Shown: positions 13,124 to 26,289 of the stretch, in pieces
Layout: each line of letters opens with the position of its first letter
Position numbering within the stretch: the stretch's first letter is position 1
Assembly (NCBI GenBank): GCA_951406725.2
Contig: OX597817.1
Span: forward strand, 21,762,001 to 21,826,000
Length of the DNA: 64,000 bases
Origin: Octopus vulgaris
Lineage: Eukaryota
Direction of reading: 5' to 3'
Position numbers and translations under genes: made by a program
Notes under the pieces: model-generated
What the model was told of the DNA's origin: nothing
The model's database searches: none
What the model saw: only the letters and a program-made list of their open reading frames with translations

Positions 13124-13981
13124 CTGGTATATATTAATACATGTACATGTTGTGTATTTGAATACTTGTAAATATATTATAAGTATTATAAAAGATAAAT
13201 ATTTCCTCTTTAGTAATCATCTTACCCCCAAGAAAAGAAAGAAGTATTATTTACAATTCCCATCAATTCCAAATGAGAATATGAGATAACTTTAAGCATT
13301 CGGAATTCTTGAAATTTGATACTGTATTCGGATGAACTGAGATTCTGGGGAAGAAAGATGTACACATCTAATTATTCAATAGGCGCCAGATGTAGTTGCT
13401 CTGGTTTTAATACAGTAGACGAAGTATTTAGTCATGTACAAATGGAGTTGTAACGTATGGTAATTTGCATAATCTACGCTAAATTTAGATTAGTGAAATA
13501 ACTGAAAGCAATTTATTCATTGTTCTTTGGAAGCCAAAATAACTTCATTACATTGAGCATATATTTGTATTGTAATTGACAGACCATTCTTAATCTATAC
13601 TGCTTATATCCATGACACTGAAGTTTTACTTAATTCTTTTAGCATATTTTCCCTCAAAACGCATACATACTTACAAATATAAATCGAGCAGTCGTGTGTA
13701 CGAGTATATATATTTAATGATAGACAGTTGTGTGCAACAATATACTTCAATGCATGTATATAAATCTCTGCTGTCTCCAAATTGTTTAGAAATACATAAA
13801 ATTTAAATATAGATATGTATTTAAAATTTTAGCATCTATGAAAAAAAGTACAAACAAATCCACAGTGTGTATCTGATGATGGACTCTCCCTTCGAAGATG
13901 ACGTGTGAGTGTTCAACTTGCGCCGAACGACCTGCAAAAGTGATTTCTGTATAGTGATCAGATGTATGTGCTGTACATTAG

Positions 13982-14071
<90 letters not shown>
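13982..14071. repeat. (CT)n microsatellite
   Basis: Directly visible. Confidence 0.97.
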
Positions 14072-14072
<1 letters not shown>

Positions 14073-14489
14073 GAGTCGAAGTATTATTCATTTGATAGGC
14101 TTTTGTTTTTCGAGAAGATGTTTTGACTGCGTGTGGCAGTCGTTGGTAAAAAATGAAAACCTTTGAAAATTTAAGTTCATCAGAGTACACTTCTTCGGAA
14201 GAGGAGCTCGTGAGATCGCTGGACGCTTGGGAAAAGAAGGAGAAGAGAAATACATTGAATTTTGCGTAAGCGACGAAACTCCAAATAAGAGAAATTAATT
14301 TAGATGACATTGGTATGTATAAAGAAGTTTTAACAAGGGAGGGACAAAATATTAGAGTGTCTCCTCCCCTGTGAAAATTGTAGTATGAGTGTGAAAATGT
14401 CATCTATTATAGAAATTACTCTTTAAAAGAGAGGAAATCTGTATAATGTTGGTTGGCCTGCTTGAAAATGCACTGCAACCAATATGGAA

Positions 14490-15060
14490 GGTAACATCTC
14501 AAAAAGGCACGTAAATTTGGAACCGTGGAGATGCAATTCCGAGATGCAGCCACCGCCAAGCTACGCGCTGCAACACAAATGAAAACAGAAGAGTTGGTGC
14601 TTCTACCCGTTTACCTAGGAAAACATGTTTCCAGAGTAAGGATAGATGATATTTTCTAGAAACTGATGTAGCCTGGGTGGTGGATGAAATCCTGCTAAGT
14701 TTAGAGGATAAAATCACTGTTCTACAAGCAACGTATACTCTGAGAAAAAATTGGCAGGGGTATAGCCTGGGGATATCAATTCAGGCCTCCCAAGAAGCCC
14801 TAGAATTATTTATTGAAACTGTTTCCATAGAGGACGTTATATTAATGGTGAAAGCGGAAGGCAGGGTTCCAGGTTACTACAAATGTGGCCAAAAGGTAAA
14901 ACTGCCCCATTCCCACCCATCATTACCGCCACCTGCGGAGTATCGCAAAAGCTCGGAAGCTGCACCTCCGCTGCCAGTAGTTGTCAATAAAGAGGTTGAA
15001 GTAGAAACAAGGGAAGAATGGGAAAACGGTAGGAAAAAGGGGAAAGCGTAGAAGAAACAA
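14490..15060 (+). pseudogene. Degenerate LINE ORF1 (gag-like, L1/Tx1 type)
   Basis: KARKFGTVEMQF...LLPVYLGKHVSRVRI, one frameshift, then WVVDEIL...MVKAEGRVPGYYKCGQK (decayed GRxPxCxxCGxxGH knuckle), Pro-rich linker and EWxxxRKKGK. Confidence 0.6.
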
Positions 15061-15608
15061 AAAAATAAACGAAGGGACTGGCCTCACCAAACTCCCATCC
15101 AAACCCTCTTTGCTCTAGACTCTCCCTTCCCCAACTGCGCACGCACACACACAGGAACACCAAACTGCCCCGACCATGGAAACAAAAGATAATACCTGTT
15201 TTATTTTATTCAATATGGAAAACAAGAAACTGAGAAATGAGGTGGATAAGTGGAGTTATGTGATGTGGGTCCATTTGTTTTTACTGTGACCTACTTCCCA
15301 GGTCTTGGGCATGTATCATGACAAACCCCATGCATATGGGGATGCTACAAGATTACAAAGATGATATAAGATGGACCATAGTAAAGCTGGATATAACTGA
15401 ATTTCCGTCATACTTAAGGCATGCCAAATTGTATCACTACGAAATAGAGGTTGAAAATTTGTTTTAAAAGAAACATTCTGTGAAGAAGAAAATTCGTAAA
15501 ATTGTAAAGTTAAATGAAGCCAATCGAACGTGGGATCGATTGGCGACATGCTACCTTTTATTATTATGACATTTATTCATATTGTAGTATTTTATTATTT
15601 ATTGATTA

Positions 15609-15648
<40 letters not shown>

Positions 15649-15651
<3 letters not shown>

Positions 15652-18520
15652 TAGTTTTATTTTTATTTTTATAGCGTGCTTTCACTTCACTACCGAGCGC
15701 AGCTCTGTGTGCCTTGGGTATGTGCTGTGATTTGTTGTGATGCTCTGATGGTTATTGTATGGAAAGTGTTCTGCGTAGGATGTGGGCAGTGCCTAGTAGT
15801 GCAATTTTCTGTATGTTATATGTGTTTGTAAGTCCTGGTGTTTTTGTTATGTATTTGTCTGAATATTTTTTTATCATGCCTAATGCACCTACTATGATAG
15901 GAATTGTTTCTGTTTTCAGATTCCACATTCTAGTTACCTCTATTTCCAGGTCTTTGTATTTTGAGAGTTTCTCCATTTCTTTTAGAGACACGTTGTCATC
16001 TGCCGGTATTGATACATCAATTAAAAAGCATTTTTTTTCTTCATGATCTCTGACAACTATATCTGGTCTGTTGGCCTTAATTTCTCTATCTGTGTGTATC
16101 GGCATATCCCAGAGTATGGTTGCTTTCTCGTTTTCTGTGACCTTTTCTGGTGTGTGCCTATACCATCTTTTTTCTGTTGTTATTCCATAATGTTGGCATA
16201 GCTTCCAATGTATGTAGGTTCCAACTATGTCATGTCTGTGAATATATTCCTTCTTAGCCAGGACTGGGCAGCTAGAGATAATATGATTTATTGTTTCTTG
16301 TCCATCTCCACATATTCTGCAGTTACTTGTAATATTTCTTTTCATTACATGTTTTTGGTAATTTCTGGTGGGGAGGCTTTGGTCTTGTGCTGCAATTAAA
16401 AATCCCTCTGTTTCTGCTTTGAGTCCTGAGCTTCTCAACCATTGCTGGGATTTTTCTTTGTCTATTTCTTTTGCGTTTAGTTTAGTGCAGTATTTACCAT
16501 GAAGGGGCTTTTCTTGCCATCGTTTTATCATGGTTCGTTGCTGTTCTGTTTTTAGTTTGGATTTCATTTGTTTTATAGCTTTTGTTGTTTCTTCATCTTC
16601 TTCTTCTTCTTCTTCTTCATGTTTATTAGGTGGTATGATTTCTTGTTTGTATTTGTCAGCTTCCTTAAATACTGAGAACAGTTTTTTGTTTTGCTCGTGT
16701 TTTGCCGCTATCTGGATCAGTTTTCCTTCCTTCTGAAGTAGATATTTTTGCAGTCCTATGGTGGTTATTTTATAGTAGTTTTCCAGCTGTATAAGGCCTC
16801 TACCACCTTCTATACGTTGTATATATAGTCTTTCTATGTCAGATTTTGGGTGATGCAGCCTAGATCCTGTCATTATTTTTCTTGTTTTCCTATCTATTTT
16901 GGACAGTTCATTTCGTGTCCAGTTAAGGATATTGTAGCTGTAACTTATAACTGGGACAGCTAAAGTGTTGATACCTATTATCTTGTTTTTAGCATTGAGC
17001 TCTGTGTTTAGTATTGATCTAACTCGTCTATAATATTCTTTTTTTATTTTCTCTTTCATTTGTGTCTGTTGTGTCTTATCTAGTTCATGGATTCCTAAGT
17101 ATTTGTAAGTTTGGCTTTGGTCTAATTCTTTTATTTCATTGGTTTTATCTAGTGCGATGTTGTTACTCTTAACTAGTTTTCCTCTTTTCATGGTTACTTT
17201 GGCGCATTTTTCTAATCCAAATTTCATATCTATTTCTTTGGTAAATCCATGAACTGTCTTTAATAGTGTTTCCAGCTGTTTGTCATTTGCAGCGTATAGT
17301 TTTAGGTCATCCATATATAAAAGGTGGCTGATCGTTTTGCCGTAACATTTATATCCGCATCCAGTTCTATTTAGCATATCAGATAGAGGTGACAGTGCCA
17401 AGCAGAAAAGGAGTGGAGAGAGCGTGTCTCCCTGGAATATTCCTCTTCTAATGGGGATGTCTTTGGTTTTCATGAGTCCCTCTTTTGTTTGGAGGTGTAG
17501 GACTGTTTGCCATTTATTCATAGAGTGCTCTATGAATTTTATGATTGTTGGTGCTACTTTGTTAATGGCTAGTGTTTCGAGGATCCATGTGTGGGGGATG
17601 CTATCAAACGCCTTTTTGTAGTCAATCCAGGCCATACTGAGGCCTTTCTTCTTTCTGTGGCTGTCTTCAGTTATGGCTTTATTAATCATTAGTTGATCTT
17701 TACAGCCATATGAGCCTTTGCGGCATCCTTTCTGCTCTTCTGGGAACAGTTTGTTTTCGTCCAGGTGCTTGTTCAGCCTTTGTGATATCACTGCAGTAAA
17801 TGCCTTGAACATAGTAGGGAGGCAGGTTATTGGTCTGTAGTTTTCTGGTTTTTCTGTTTCATTTGATTTGGGAATTAAGATGGTTTTCCCCTTCGTGAGC
17901 CATTCAGGCATTGTCTCTGGCTCTGCTAGTACGTTGTTAAAGTTTACAGCCAGCTTTTTGTGCATTCCTGTTAGATATTTCAACCAGAAGTTGGGGATCT
18001 TGTCATGCCCAGGTGCCTTCCAGTTGCTTAGTCTTTGCAGTGCCTGGGTGACCTCTTCAGTCGTTATGGGGTTCCAAAGTTGTTCAGATGCCGAGTTTGT
18101 AATTTTGATACTCCTTTTTTTTGGTGGTTCGTTCGCCGACCATATCTCTCTCCAGAATTCTTCCAATTCTCCTGCCGTTGGTGCTGCAGTGACTTCTATT
18201 TTATTTTTGCCCAGTTCTTGGTAGAACTTTTTGGGGTTGGAGCTGAACTTTTTGTTTTCTTCAAAGAAGCGTTGGCGTTTCTTGTACCGGCGGATCCTTT
18301 GTGCTTTGGCAAGGATATCTTGCTTCAGCTTTTCTTTTATTTCAGGCAAATCTTTCTCTGTCATGTTATATTTGCGGAGTATTTTTGTTCTCTTTTTGTT
18401 GCTCAGTAGCGTTGATTCTTTGCTGATTTCATTAAGAATCGACAGGTCTTTTCTAATTTTTTTTATTTTGCTTTGGATGTTATTTATCCACAGGGTTTGT
18501 TTGGGTGGTGGTACTCCTGT
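15649..18520 (-). mobile_element. R4/Dong-clade non-LTR retrotransposon (RLE type), 5'-truncated, inserted in (TAA)n
   Basis: Single RT+RLE ORF, about 100 bp 3'UTR (15649-15751), and (TTA)n tracts directly abutting both ends (about 15610-15648 and 18521-18586). Confidence 0.93.
15752..18520 (-). CDS. Reverse transcriptase + CCHC zinc knuckle + restriction-like endonuclease polyprotein (N-terminally truncated)
   Basis: 870-aa ORF from ATG at 18364; the frame stays open upstream to the junction (GVPPPKQTLWINNIQSKIKKIRKDL...). RT motifs APGHD, YRPITCL, EEQKG, WIDYKKAFDS, RGIFQGDTLSPLLF, LYMDD, YKYLG; CRICGDGQETINHIISSC; RLE motifs RHD, RPDIVV..D, KEMEKLSKY. Confidence 0.95.
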   Translation of the reverse strand, partial: TGVPPPKQTLWINNIQSKIKKIRKDLSILNEISKESTLLSNKKRTKILRKYNMTEKDLPEIKEKLKQDILAKAQRIRRYKKRQRFFEENKKFSSNPKKFYQELGKNKIEVTAAPTAGELEEFWREIWSANEPPKKRSIKITNSASEQLWNPITTEEVTQALQRLSNWKAPGHDKIPNFWLKYLTGMHKKLAVNFNNVLAEPETMPEWLTKGKTILIPKSNETEKPENYRPITCLPTMFKAFTAVISQRLNKHLDENKLFPEEQKGCRKGSYGCKDQLMINKAITEDSHRKKKGLSMAWIDYKKAFDSIPHTWILETLAINKVAPTIIKFIEHSMNKWQTVLHLQTKEGLMKTKDIPIRRGIFQGDTLSPLLFCLALSPLSDMLNRTGCGYKCYGKTISHLLYMDDLKLYAANDKQLETLLKTVHGFTKEIDMKFGLEKCAKVTMKRGKLVKSNNIALDKTNEIKELDQSQTYKYLGIHELDKTQQTQMKEKIKKEYYRRVRSILNTELNAKNKIIGINTLAVPVISYSYNILNWTRNELSKIDRKTRKIMTGSRLHHPKSDIERLYIQRIEGGRGLIQLENYYKITTIGLQKYLLQKEGKLIQIAAKHEQNKKLFSVFKEADKYKQEIIPPNKHEEEEEEEDEETTKAIKQMKSKLKTEQQRTMIKRWQEKPLHGKYCTKLNAKEIDKEKSQQWLRSSGLKAETEGFLIAAQDQSLPTRNYQKHVMKRNITSNCRICGDGQETINHIISSCPVLAKKEYIHRHDIVGTYIHWKLCQHYGITTEKRWYRHTPEKVTENEKATILWDMPIHTDREIKANRPDIVVRDHEEKKCFLIDVSIPADDNVSLKEMEKLSKYKDLEIEVTRMWNLKTETIPIIVGALGMIKKYSDKYITKTPGLTNTYNIQKIALLGTAHILRRTLSIQ

Positions 18521-18535
18521 TATTATTATTATTAA

Positions 18536-18581
<46 letters not shown>

Positions 18582-18754
18582 TATTACTCATCCCCATCTG
18601 ATTATTTCCCCACATTTATCGTGTTGTCCCCTCTATGCTGGTCCCTTGTGGGCAATAAAAACCCCAATTAGCTCACTCTCTCCATCACATCGCTGTTGCA
18701 TGAAGACATGCATGGTGTACTACAAGTCAGGTGTCAAAGTTATCGCAGAACAAG

Positions 18755-18855
18755 GTGAAATGAAGTGCTTTGCTCAAGAACACAAAGCACCAACCTGTCT
18801 ATGAATTGAAACCACGATCGTGGGTGCAGCACCCAAATCAATATGCCACACGCCT
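18755..18855 (-). mobile_element. Degenerate tRNA-derived SINE head
   Basis: 'gctcaagaacacaaagcacc...attgaaaccacgatc...gccacacgcct' resembles the head of the 19315-19700 element. Confidence 0.55.
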
Positions 18856-19314
18856 AAAATATGGTTTCAGCCGTCTGTCTAATAATTTTCGAATGGTCAG
18901 ATGAAAAGCACATATGCTGCCAGGTGTAAGAAGCACAAAACTGGTGGTGCTGCACCCAGACGTTGACTAAAATTATCATAGAGCTAATGTAATTGAGGGT
19001 GTTTTGTGTTACGTGCGAAGTAGTGATCGGAAGACCGAACAGATGCAGAGACGGTTATAGCTTTTCAGCATAATTTTTGGTGTCTTCCTAAAACTAATGT
19101 GTGCATTAAATCACTATTGATAATTTCAAAGTTTAGTAATCTCTGTCATATATAAATAATCAGTACAAAACACCAACTATTGCAAATATATACCATGCCA
19201 TCACAAGAGGTAATTTCTAAATAGATACGGAATTAAGTAAATAGACTGGGGAAATTTATAACATCTGTATCGTAAAATTAAGTGGAGAGAAGAATTTAAA
19301 CGTAGCATGTTAAT

Positions 19315-19700
19315 GGATAGAAGCACACCGTCGGTTACGACGACGAGGGTTCCGGTTGATCCGAATCAACGGAACAGCCTGCTCGTGAAATTAACGTGTA
19401 AGTGGTTGAGCACTCCACAGACACGTGTACCCTTAACGTAGTTCTCGGGGATATTCAGCGTGATACAGAGAGTGACAAGGCCGGCCCTTTGAAATACAGG
19501 TACAACAGAAACAGGAAGTAAGAGTGAGAGAAAGTTGTGGTGAAAGAGTACAGCAGGGATCACCACCATCCCCTGCCGGAGCCTCGTGGAGCTTTAGGTG
19601 TTTTCGCTCAATAAACACTCACAACGCCCGGTCTGGGAATCAAAACCGCGATCCTATGACCGCGAGTCCGCTGCCCTAACCACTGGGCCATTGCGCCTCC
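19315..19700 (-). mobile_element. Full-length tRNA-derived SINE (family C) with perfect 11-bp target-site duplication
   Basis: Minus-strand head GGAGGCGCAATGGCCCAGTGG (A box)...GGTTTTGATTCC (B-box variant); TSD agcatgttaat at 19304-19314 and 19701-19711. Confidence 0.92.
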
Positions 19701-20851
19701 AGCATGTTAATATACTAGGCAAGAGTGCAGAAGTAGTTATCCGAAGATATTACAGTCCTTTTCCGAAATGAGCCTTTGTGAGTAACATTTTAGACGCATC
19801 TCTAATAACACTTTTTTAGCACAACACTTGCACTTTCTTGAGTGTAGGCTTGTGGACATTAAATTCGCAGTGTGGTAGATACAATCTAATTCCGCCAAAT
19901 AATATATCTCCTTTGTATGAAGAAATCAAGAAATGAAGTTTATGAGTTTAATAAAGCCTGTTTGTCATGTAAGAATAGATATTGAACTGTTGAAGCTGTT
20001 ACTTCGTCCTTAAATCAAGGTTTGTATCTGGAAAGCATAAAATAGGACGCATCCATTCTCATTCACTTTGTGATATTTTCTTGACAAAATATTATAAGAA
20101 GGTCAAGCTGACCAATGTTCATTGTGACAAAATAAATATACGTACTACTAAAACAATTGATGTTAATAACCTGTAAACATACACACATTAAACTTTTTTT
20201 ATGAAAATGATTTATAAAAAAGAAACAATCAAAGAGATACATAGATACACAGACTCATAAATGGATGGGTACAATTGTATGCACGGTGTTTGGTAAGCTG
20301 GTAGATAGGTAGTGTGAGACAGACAGTGCGACTAAATCTCATATACATAGTAGACATACACATCAGCAGAGAGGAAAAAAAAGTGACTAAGATTATATAA
20401 CCAATTTGGAGACAGACAGAAAATAAATAAATGGATAGATTAATAAACAGATAGACAGAACCGAACAGAAGAAAGTTAGACAGAAACATAGAACCACTTA
20501 CAGACCTACAGACATCCATATAGTTATGGAAATTTACCAACATATGATAAAAGAAAAGAGAAGTCAAATATCATAATTTAAATCACGACATACTTTGATG
20601 TTGCCCTTATAAAATCGTGATAACAGTACATTGTAGATACCGACAACTCGTGATACACTCTAATTATTGTATCTAGTGCTCGTGATTGTTATTTGAAATC
20701 TTCCTCGCAGGGTGGGTTACGATTGTCAGAAAATCTGAACAATTCAAAGACGGCAATAAAATATAAAGTAATTATATATAAATTCTGGGTTGCTAGTAAC
20801 ATTCTAATTGCTTCCTTTATACATAACAGTGCTCTTATACACATACATAAA

Positions 20852-20904
<53 letters not shown>

Positions 20905-22013
20905 CATTCACGCACACACATACAGACACACATACAAACACACATACAAACACACACACAAACACACACACATACTTTGTGTATGAGTACGGAAAATAAT
21001 TTTAGAGTAATAAGATCAGAGAACACAGACGGACCCAACAACCGAACGATCGAAGTTTCGAATTACTTAGATGTCGATGAGCTTGTTAGCTCTCCAGTCA
21101 CAAATTTCTTTCTTATTTATTCAATTACCGTATTTCATGAAAGCAAACGGCTTTAGACAGAAGAAACTAGTGATGACCTTTGTGGAGGAAACAGAATTCC
21201 TAATAACGTCTGTGAATTATAACAGGTCCGTGTGAAGTCTCAATAGGAGGAGGTTTCATCATTTCTGTAGGTGGTCATTCTTTGAAGAAATATGTCGAAG
21301 TAAATGAGATATGGAGATCGAAAGATCTAGAGCATTATAGTAGCATGCGTCACTGGTTTTGTTGAAGTAAAAGAAATAGGAATCGAACAAGATAAAAGTA
21401 TTAAAAAATTAGACCATTTATATATGTATTTAACAATAAGCACAAACCAGGGTCAACTGTGTGTACACAATGAAACACATGAAATGAAAAAATTGGAAAA
21501 TAATACCAACATGCGTATATTTACTATATGCTCACTGGCAGGCATCAATACCTCCACCAATAAATATGCCCCTCGGGTTACTTTGCTTTGTAGAGAATGG
21601 CAGTCAAGTTTTCCTTAATATACACGCAGCATACTCGGAAAAGACGAACTCATTAGATGATAGCGTCCTGAAAACAAGGAGATATAAGATGATGTATCAC
21701 ACATAGGATGTATTTCATCATGGGTTTGCTCGTTCAGAGAGGGGTGTGATAAAATGTGTTTATATCAATGTATCCATAGAGAATCAGACTGAACATATCC
21801 GCATGTATAAAACACATATTTCCCTATACAAATATCCATCACGAAGACGGTGTATAATATTGTTTGAAATGTAATGCAGAGAAGTAGTACTGATAAATTC
21901 TGGAGTGCAAGAGATGAAGAGATAGAGTATTCACAGGACGAGAAAATCCTGAAAGTTACACAGAAACTGATATAAAAAGCCGTGCAAATATAAAGATTTT
22001 TATAAAAATAAAG

Positions 22014-22146
<133 letters not shown>

Positions 22147-23045
22147 GCGTATATAGCGGAAGAACGTGTATGTCATTATAATATGTTGTATATAACCATA
22201 ACATAAATATTGCGGATATGCAAGTCTATATATTGTTTATTATTATTATTAATATTAATATGCACTACAGCCAATTTCCACTTTCCACTTAAGAGAACAC
22301 GGAACTACCCATCGAAAGAATTCACGGAATGACTACCAACTAAATGGCGTTAGATACTGATCATTGTGGTTAGCAGTTAACTATAATTTAACTGAGAGCT
22401 AATACGGTATGCGCTCGAATAATATATCTCACCAAACTCGTATATATATATATATATATATATGAGTTAAGCTTGTTAGTGTAAATACCTAAGCACAGGA
22501 CAAATGATTGTGGAGGGAGAACTAGTAGGAACAGTATGATTTAATAATGTATGAAGAAGCTTGCAAACCTGACAATAATTTAAAATGACGGCGTAAACCG
22601 GTTATTGCATCTGGTTTAGGTTTGTGGATACGACTGTACGTTGAAATGTCAACGACTAGGATCGTATAAGATTAATAGCTGTTCGCATTTACGACTTATT
22701 TATGAAAACTGAGAAGAGCAAATTTACGTACCATGCCGATGAGAAGAATCTCCGAGAGGAACAAATGAAGAAATAATCAACTAAGTGTTGCGGACCATTA
22801 TCATCACTAGTTGATTGATTATTGATATAATGTTGTAGCCATTGTTGCTTTTGTTGCTGTTGTTGATGTTATAGTTGTTGTTATTGTACAGTGATCGACA
22901 CCAGCCCTACCTGAACAGAAAAATAATCACAGTTATTCTGGGAACGGCTCTATCATGCAACAGGCATGCATCAAGCATTTCGGACTACGAATCTATCGTG
23001 TATGTCCTATTTCAAATACGTAGAGAATGACATAGATCTCTCTTT

Positions 23046-23453
23046 CTCTTTTACTTGTTTCAGTCATTTGACTGTGGCCATACTGGAGCACCGCCGTTAG
23101 TCGAGCAAATCGACCCCAGGACTTATTCTTTGTAAGCCCAGTACTTATTCTATCGGTCTCTATTGCCGAACCGCTAAGTGACGGGGACGTAAACACACCA
23201 GCATCGGTTGTCAAGCAATGCTAGGGGGACAAACACAGACACACAAACATATACACACACACACTTATATATATATATATACATATATACGACAGGCATC
23301 TTTCAGTTTCCGTCTTCCAAATCCACTCACAAGGCATTGGTCGGCCCGGGGCTATAGCAGAAGACACTTGCCCAAGATGCCACGCAGTGGGACTGAACCC
23401 GCAACCATGTGGTTGGTTAGCAAGCTACTTACCACACAGCCACTCCTGCGCCT
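23046..23453 (-). mobile_element. tRNA-derived SINE family B with internal (CA)/(TA) microsatellite
   Basis: Minus-strand head AGGCGCAGGAGTGGCTGTGTGG...GGGTTCAGTCCC; near-identical copies at 33477 and 34704. Confidence 0.9.
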
Positions 23454-25271
23454 ATGTTTACCTGGCGATTCTAAAATCTTGCCCATTTTCTTAGATACGG
23501 CAGGAAAACATCTAGACTCATTCACTTGTTGATTGTTAGTCTGTGTAGGCAATAGTCTAAATGGAAAATGATCTTCCCAAGTTACTGTAATATAATAATC
23601 AGGAGCAGAATGAAATTAAAAAAAAGCAACCACAAGGAGTGTAGTGGAATAATGAAGAGTTTTAATAAATTCAAAGTTTAATACATTCTGATATGTGCTC
23701 AGTTTTATTTATTCATTTATACATGTAATATTTCATTAATAATATGAATTGCGAATGACGTTTCCATAATGAAATGAGAGTTTAAAACAATAAAGCTGGT
23801 GTTTATGTGTGTGTAGTTATATATATACATATATATACAAATACATGTATGTATTTATTAATGTATGCATGTATACATTATATATATATATATGTTTGTA
23901 TGTATATGTATATATATATATATATATATAAACGTGTGTAAAGTGATGCATATTTGAATGTATATATAATTTGTATAAATGAATGCATACGTATATGCAT
24001 ATATATGTTATATACGGCATAATCAACATACACACACACAAACACACACACTCACACACACACACATTTATATATATAAATGATATATATGGTGTATATG
24101 TGTGCGTGTGTGTGCGTTTATGCGCGGATATTAATGAGTATGTATGTGTGGACAGAATGATTAAGTAAGTGAACAAATTTGAATAAATACGAAATAATGC
24201 ATATTTAGCAACACGAGGTGGAAATTCTAGTATAATTTTTAACATATTCTATATTATGTGCATATCGTCTCATTAACATCAATATCATCATCTCATCATC
24301 AATATTATTATAATTTTTATATAATAAGAATTTTATTTCAATTATTGTTGTTTTCATATTTTTATTGCACATTTTATTCTTCGATTTAACATCATTATAA
24401 TTTTTCTCATCGTTGTTATTTTCATAATCATACTCCACCCACACTTTTTAATCATTGTTCTCTTCTTCTCTATAATCGCCATCATCATAATTATCATAAG
24501 CACGTCCATGTTTCTTCTAATCATATTTGTTATTATTATTACATTAACTATATCATCATAATTAATGACATTATAATAATTCGTTCGGTTTATTTTTGGT
24601 GTTATTACACATTTAAAATTTTTTCTTGTTTTGATTTTTTTGTGAAGAGAATATTTTTTAAACTTTTGTTTTTATATTTCTACTCTTATTGAATTTTAAT
24701 TTATTGCCTGCTCTGAAATATTCGTTTTCCTTTCATCTTTGTTTATTACTGTATAGAGTTACGGGCCTTTAATTAATCCCCGCTTGCGGAACATTTGCTG
24801 GTCATATATATTCATTAAGACATTAAAAATAAAACCTACTACCACAGTTTCTCCCTTTCTTTCCTCCATCACTACCACAACCCTGAGTCACACTACGAAC
24901 TCTAATATCATCGCCATCACTAACACCATCACTATTACAAACATCAACCATCACAATCGCTGTCAACAAAGATCGTCAAAGTACAAAGATTATCAACGTC
25001 GTTTGACATTTAATCTTTCAGCGATATCGCTGTCGGTTAAATTTACATACTTGAGCTTGTTCTTCCCATTTTTTCACTGATAATTAACTTGTGTTTCTCT
25101 ATGGTGTTTATTATATTATAATCTTTAGCAATGCCACTTACAACAAAAGCAACAAAAGCAAAACATTTAGAACAAAGGATATAGAATTAGATTATATTTT
25201 TGTTCGTTATTACTTTTGCTTTATGTCATTGGGGATATTATTACTTTCATTGCAAAAGTGCTTACCATACC

Positions 25272-25352
25272 TATTATTATTATTATCATTATTATTATTA
25301 TTATTATTATTACTATTATTATTATTATTGTTATTATTATTATTATTATTAA

Positions 25353-25442
<90 letters not shown>

Positions 25443-25477
25443 CATTATTATTATTATTGTTGTTATTATTATTATTA

Positions 25478-25523
<46 letters not shown>

Positions 25524-25528
25524 CATTA
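25272..25528. repeat. Long (TTA)n microsatellite
   Basis: Directly visible. Confidence 0.97.
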
Positions 25529-26289
25529 ATGGTAATAACATCACAAGTAACAAGGATAATGCAGATAGTAAAGCTCTAATATTATTACCCATGTAGAGTA
25601 ATATTACCAATTATTAGTATTGCTGTTGTTATTATTATCATTATTGTTGTTGTTATAATCCTATATATCGGCCCTAGTGGCCAATAAATGAAATAACAGC
25701 AATAATAACAACGACAAGAAGAACAATAATAATAATAACAACAACAACACCAATAATAATAATAATTATTATTATTATTATCATCATCATCATCATTATT
25801 ATTATTATTATTATTATTATTGATATTTATTTATTTATTTATTTAGTTATTTATTTCATCGTCGTCGTCGTCATCATCATCATTACTTATATTTTGTTTT
25901 GATTTTAATAATGCTTCTTAATATTTATGTCGCTACGGATGCTTTTTCTCTCCGTCGTCCTCTTCGAAATCTACATAATAATCACATTCATTAAGGATTC
26001 ATTTTCATCGATCATTCAATCATTGAACTCATTTCTTCTGATACACTCGTTTATCATTATCATTCGCTTTATAGCCACCTTCATCATTAACATCACTATC
26101 ATCACAAAAATATAGCAACAATTATTGCCATCGCCTTTCTCTTCATCATTGTTATCCCTTCTTTCTTTTCCACTCCTATAATCAAATATATTTTTCGTAA
26201 CATTCGTTTTCGTATTTTTAGGGATCTCGAATCCGAAAAATCGATACTGTTTTGCTGTGTTCTTTTATGTTGTGCGCTCAAATCTTCCT

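Noticed and set aside
15759-18671. Several + strand ORFs overlapping the Dong element
   Set aside because: Antisense shadows of the RT ORF.
19630-19700. tRNA gene
   Set aside because: The tRNA-like head is part of a TSD-flanked SINE, with no complete cloverleaf or terminator.
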